Source: an uncultured Clostridia bacterium (GTDB lineage: Bacteria; Bacillota; Clostridia; Christensenellales; UBA1242). Taken from it: a stretch of 64,000 nucleotides of DNA. The notes below the pieces were generated by a model. That model searched no databases and was not told the DNA's origin. It saw nothing but the letters and a program-made list of their open reading frames with translations. Of this stretch, positions 61,832 through 64,000 are shown in pieces. The DNA lies in the NCBI GenBank assembly GCA_944360075.1, contig CALVTE010000001.1:117280-181279 (forward strand). Reading direction: 5' to 3'. Within the stretch, counting starts at the first letter, position 1; each line of letters starts with the position of its first letter. The translations under genes were made by a program, and so were the position numbers.

Positions 61832-64000
61832 TTAGCTCCTTTTCCTTATAAAAACACTGCAAATCACTCCAAGAAGAGCAACCACACCCACAAACACCAA
61901 AGTTATCACAAGAGTGTTGTCTTCTTGCGGCGGCTGGTCGTCTTCATACAAAACACCTTGCTGTGACAATTTGAAAGTGAGCGTCAAATCAGAGCCGTCC
62001 AAGCTGACCAAAAATCTTGTTTTGTCAAGCCGAGTGACAACTTGCACTCTTTGCCCTTTTTCGTCAAAGGCTTGCCAGCTTTTGATATATTGATTTTGCG
62101 GCAAACTTTCAATGGTGATAAGATAGTAAAACTCGCCATCCCTTTCAACAAACTCCACACTGGCCTCGATTTCTGAGTTGGTGATAATAAATCTTGGGAT
62201 TTCAAAGGTTTCAACTTCCACAACCGCCTCTTCATTAGGCATAACAAAACTATATTCAAAATCACTGATTTTGCTGGCTTCAACACCGTTTATCAAAACC
62301 CTGAGCACTCTGAATTGTTGCAAAGAGTATGAAAGTGTGACTTTCACTTCTTGCCCAAAATATGCCTGAGTTTTGTCAAATCTCATCTCAACGGCGCTCT
62401 GCCCCTTGACAACTGCATTGCGCTCAATATCTTGCGTATAAACCTGCACCACAACATCCTTTGCCGGCATTATGAAAACGATTTTGTCGTTGCTTGGATA
62501 TCTCACCAGCCCCTCGTCCAGCCCGCTCAGCACAAGTTTTTGGTCTTCCTTCAAGTTGAGCGCCGTGATAGTTATCTCCTGCTCGTAAATCCCTGAAGAG
62601 TCATATTTAAGGCTGAGCCCTTCTGGCCCGTTGACCGTCACAGCATAAACGATGTCTGTTAAAACAAAACTGATTTCCACATCATTTGCTGGCATAACAA
62701 AACTTATTGGTTTGCCAACTTCGATAGCGCCCTCAAATTCAATTCCTTCAATATAGCTAAGCTCTTTTCCAATCGGCAGTCCATTTATAGTAAGCAAAAC
62801 TTCTTGACCCAAAGTGGCTTGATTTTGCCCGTTTGGAGTGGTCAGCGAATAAGCCAGCCCCTCAATTTCTTGCACGCTTATGTTGTAAAGCTTGTCTTTC
62901 AGCGAGATAGAAACCGTCAAGTCCGAACTGCCCATGTTGAAACTATAACTGTTTTCGTCTTCTCCTTTAACAATCTGCACTTGGGGGTCATCTGCCCATA
63001 TTTCGTCCACTTCTTTGCCTTGTGGAAGAGTGAAGTTTAAAGTGACGATTTCGTTCTGCACAAACTGAGTTTGGTTTGGCAAAATTGCCACTTGCACACC
63101 ATCTGGGGCTTCAATTTTGATAGTATAAAGCTCTCCTAAGTTAATTTTTATCAGCTCTCCAATTTTTGCCACAACTTGCTTGTCTGTTGTGATAATATAA
63201 AACTGATACAGCCCGTTTTGCTCCGACTGATTGAAGATGATTTGCGTTTGCTCTGTCTGCACAAAATCGCCCCAAGTTATGCCGCCATCATCACTTTCCC
63301 GATAGGCAACAGTCATATTCTCCAGCAAATTTTCAACGTTTTCAATATTCACAACCACAGACAAAGCCTGCCCTGCCTGTATTGATTTTTGCGTTTCCAC
63401 TGTGGCGCTTGGCTCAACATAGTCTTTCAGTTCAATTTCCGGCGCGGGAAGTTCATAGACAATTTGCCCATATTTTTCTGTATTGTAATAAATTTGATAA
63501 TTTTGAATTACTCGTCTGTCTTCGTCGCCGGGCATATAGTAAAAGCCTTCGTCAAGTTCTTCATCCCAGCCCTTTAAAAAGTAGGCAACTTTCCACTGCT
63601 CAATTTGTTCTTGAGATGGATACCCATAATAAATCGGGTCGTTCCAAGTGGTGTCAAGGCCATACCAGTGCCCGTAAAGTTTGACGTAACTCCACATATG
63701 CCCTTCGCTGCTTTGGTTTGAAGGATTGTAGGCCTCCCCTGCACAAACCAGATTTGTTATGCCCAGCCCGTCAAGAAGATATTGCACCGCGTAAGAATAG
63801 CCGTCACACACAGCAAGGCCGTTTATCAATGAGCCATAGACTGTATGCACAAAATCTTTTGAAAGCGTTATGTCGTATTCCACATTTTCAACAACATATT
63901 CATTGACAAAATATACTTTTTGATAATCCGTCCAATCTTCGTCTATCTTTTGATAAATTTCTTCTCGTTTTTGCTCAAGACTGTCAAGCATTTGTTGAAG
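61832..64000 (-). CDS. Transglutaminase-like cysteine protease domain protein with repeated beta-sandwich domains and a C-terminal TM anchor (5' end probably beyond the window)
   Basis: Transglutaminase-core triad context (LAVCDGYSYA ... EGHMWSYV ... GLDTTWND), about 5 repeats ending in the F[VI]MPxxDV motif, and a C-terminal TLVITLVFVGVVALLGVICSVFIRKRS. The frame is still open at 64000. Confidence 0.75.
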   Translation of the reverse strand, partial: LQQMLDSLEQKREEIYQKIDEDWTDYQKVYFVNEYVVENVEYDITLSKDFVHTVYGSLINGLAVCDGYSYAVQYLLDGLGITNLVCAGEAYNPSNQSSEGHMWSYVKLYGHWYGLDTTWNDPIYYGYPSQEQIEQWKVAYFLKGWDEELDEGFYYMPGDEDRRVIQNYQIYYNTEKYGQIVYELPAPEIELKDYVEPSATVETQKSIQAGQALSVVVNIENVENLLENMTVAYRESDDGGITWGDFVQTEQTQIIFNQSEQNGLYQFYIITTDKQVVAKIGELIKINLGELYTIKIEAPDGVQVAILPNQTQFVQNEIVTLNFTLPQGKEVDEIWADDPQVQIVKGEDENSYSFNMGSSDLTVSISLKDKLYNISVQEIEGLAYSLTTPNGQNQATLGQEVLLTINGLPIGKELSYIEGIEFEGAIEVGKPISFVMPANDVEISFVLTDIVYAVTVNGPEGLSLKYDSSGIYEQEITITALNLKEDQKLVLSGLDEGLVRYPSNDKIVFIMPAKDVVVQVYTQDIERNAVVKGQSAVEMRFDKTQAYFGQEVKVTLSYSLQQFRVLRVLINGVEASKISDFEYSFVMPNEEAVVEVETFEIPRFIITNSEIEASVEFVERDGEFYYLITIESLPQNQYIKSWQAFDEKGQRVQVVTRLDKTRFLVSLDGSDLTLTFKLSQQGVLYEDDQPPQEDNTLVITLVFVGVVALLGVICSVFIRKRS

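Noticed and set aside
1-64000. Search for tRNA or rRNA genes, CRISPR arrays, IS elements, integrases, prophage or toxin-antitoxin modules
   Set aside because: I saw no spaced direct-repeat array, no cloverleaf-like GC-rich islands in intergenic regions and no transposase, recombinase or phage-like ORFs. The intergenic regions are short and accounted for by promoters and terminators.

Overview
This is a low-GC (roughly 40-45% by eye) chromosomal segment from an endospore-forming Firmicute, Clostridia-like, with almost every gene on the minus strand. In order it contains: yloV (partial), asp23 and a divergent rpmB; feoA-feoB; nrdR; and a long minus-strand cell-wall, division and sporulation block. 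That block runs alpha/beta hydrolase-murF-ddl-murE-mraY-murD-ftsW-[three orphan genes]-murA-ftsQ-ftsA-ftsZ-spoIIGA-sigE-sigG-ylmC. It is followed by spoVG, a tight spoIIR-sleB-ypeB tandem, a SipL/SpoVID-like candidate and veg. Next come two very large secreted repeat proteins (1,597 aa and 6,309 aa) built from GLUG-type GG[IL][IVA]G modules, flanking ppdK; together they fill 37% of the window. The window ends with a ttcA-like PP-loop gene, gpmI, an MscS channel and a partial membrane-anchored transglutaminase-like protein. I saw no tRNA, rRNA, CRISPR array, transposase or integrase. The points most worth follow-up are: (1) the uninterrupted 18.9-kb giant ORF, which has a consensus sigma-A promoter, a strong RBS, a modular repeat architecture, an orphan C-terminal third with different codon usage, and a small orphan gene immediately downstream; (2) three orphan genes, two of them large acidic putative lipoproteins with their own promoters and terminators, sitting where murG/murB normally lie in the dcw cluster; (3) a MurF whose N-terminal domain is replaced by a multi-pass membrane domain. 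All functional calls rest on motif and family recognition by eye and on gene context. No database search or computation was run. Coordinates of internal starts, promoters and hairpins were hand-indexed and may be off by 1-2 nt.
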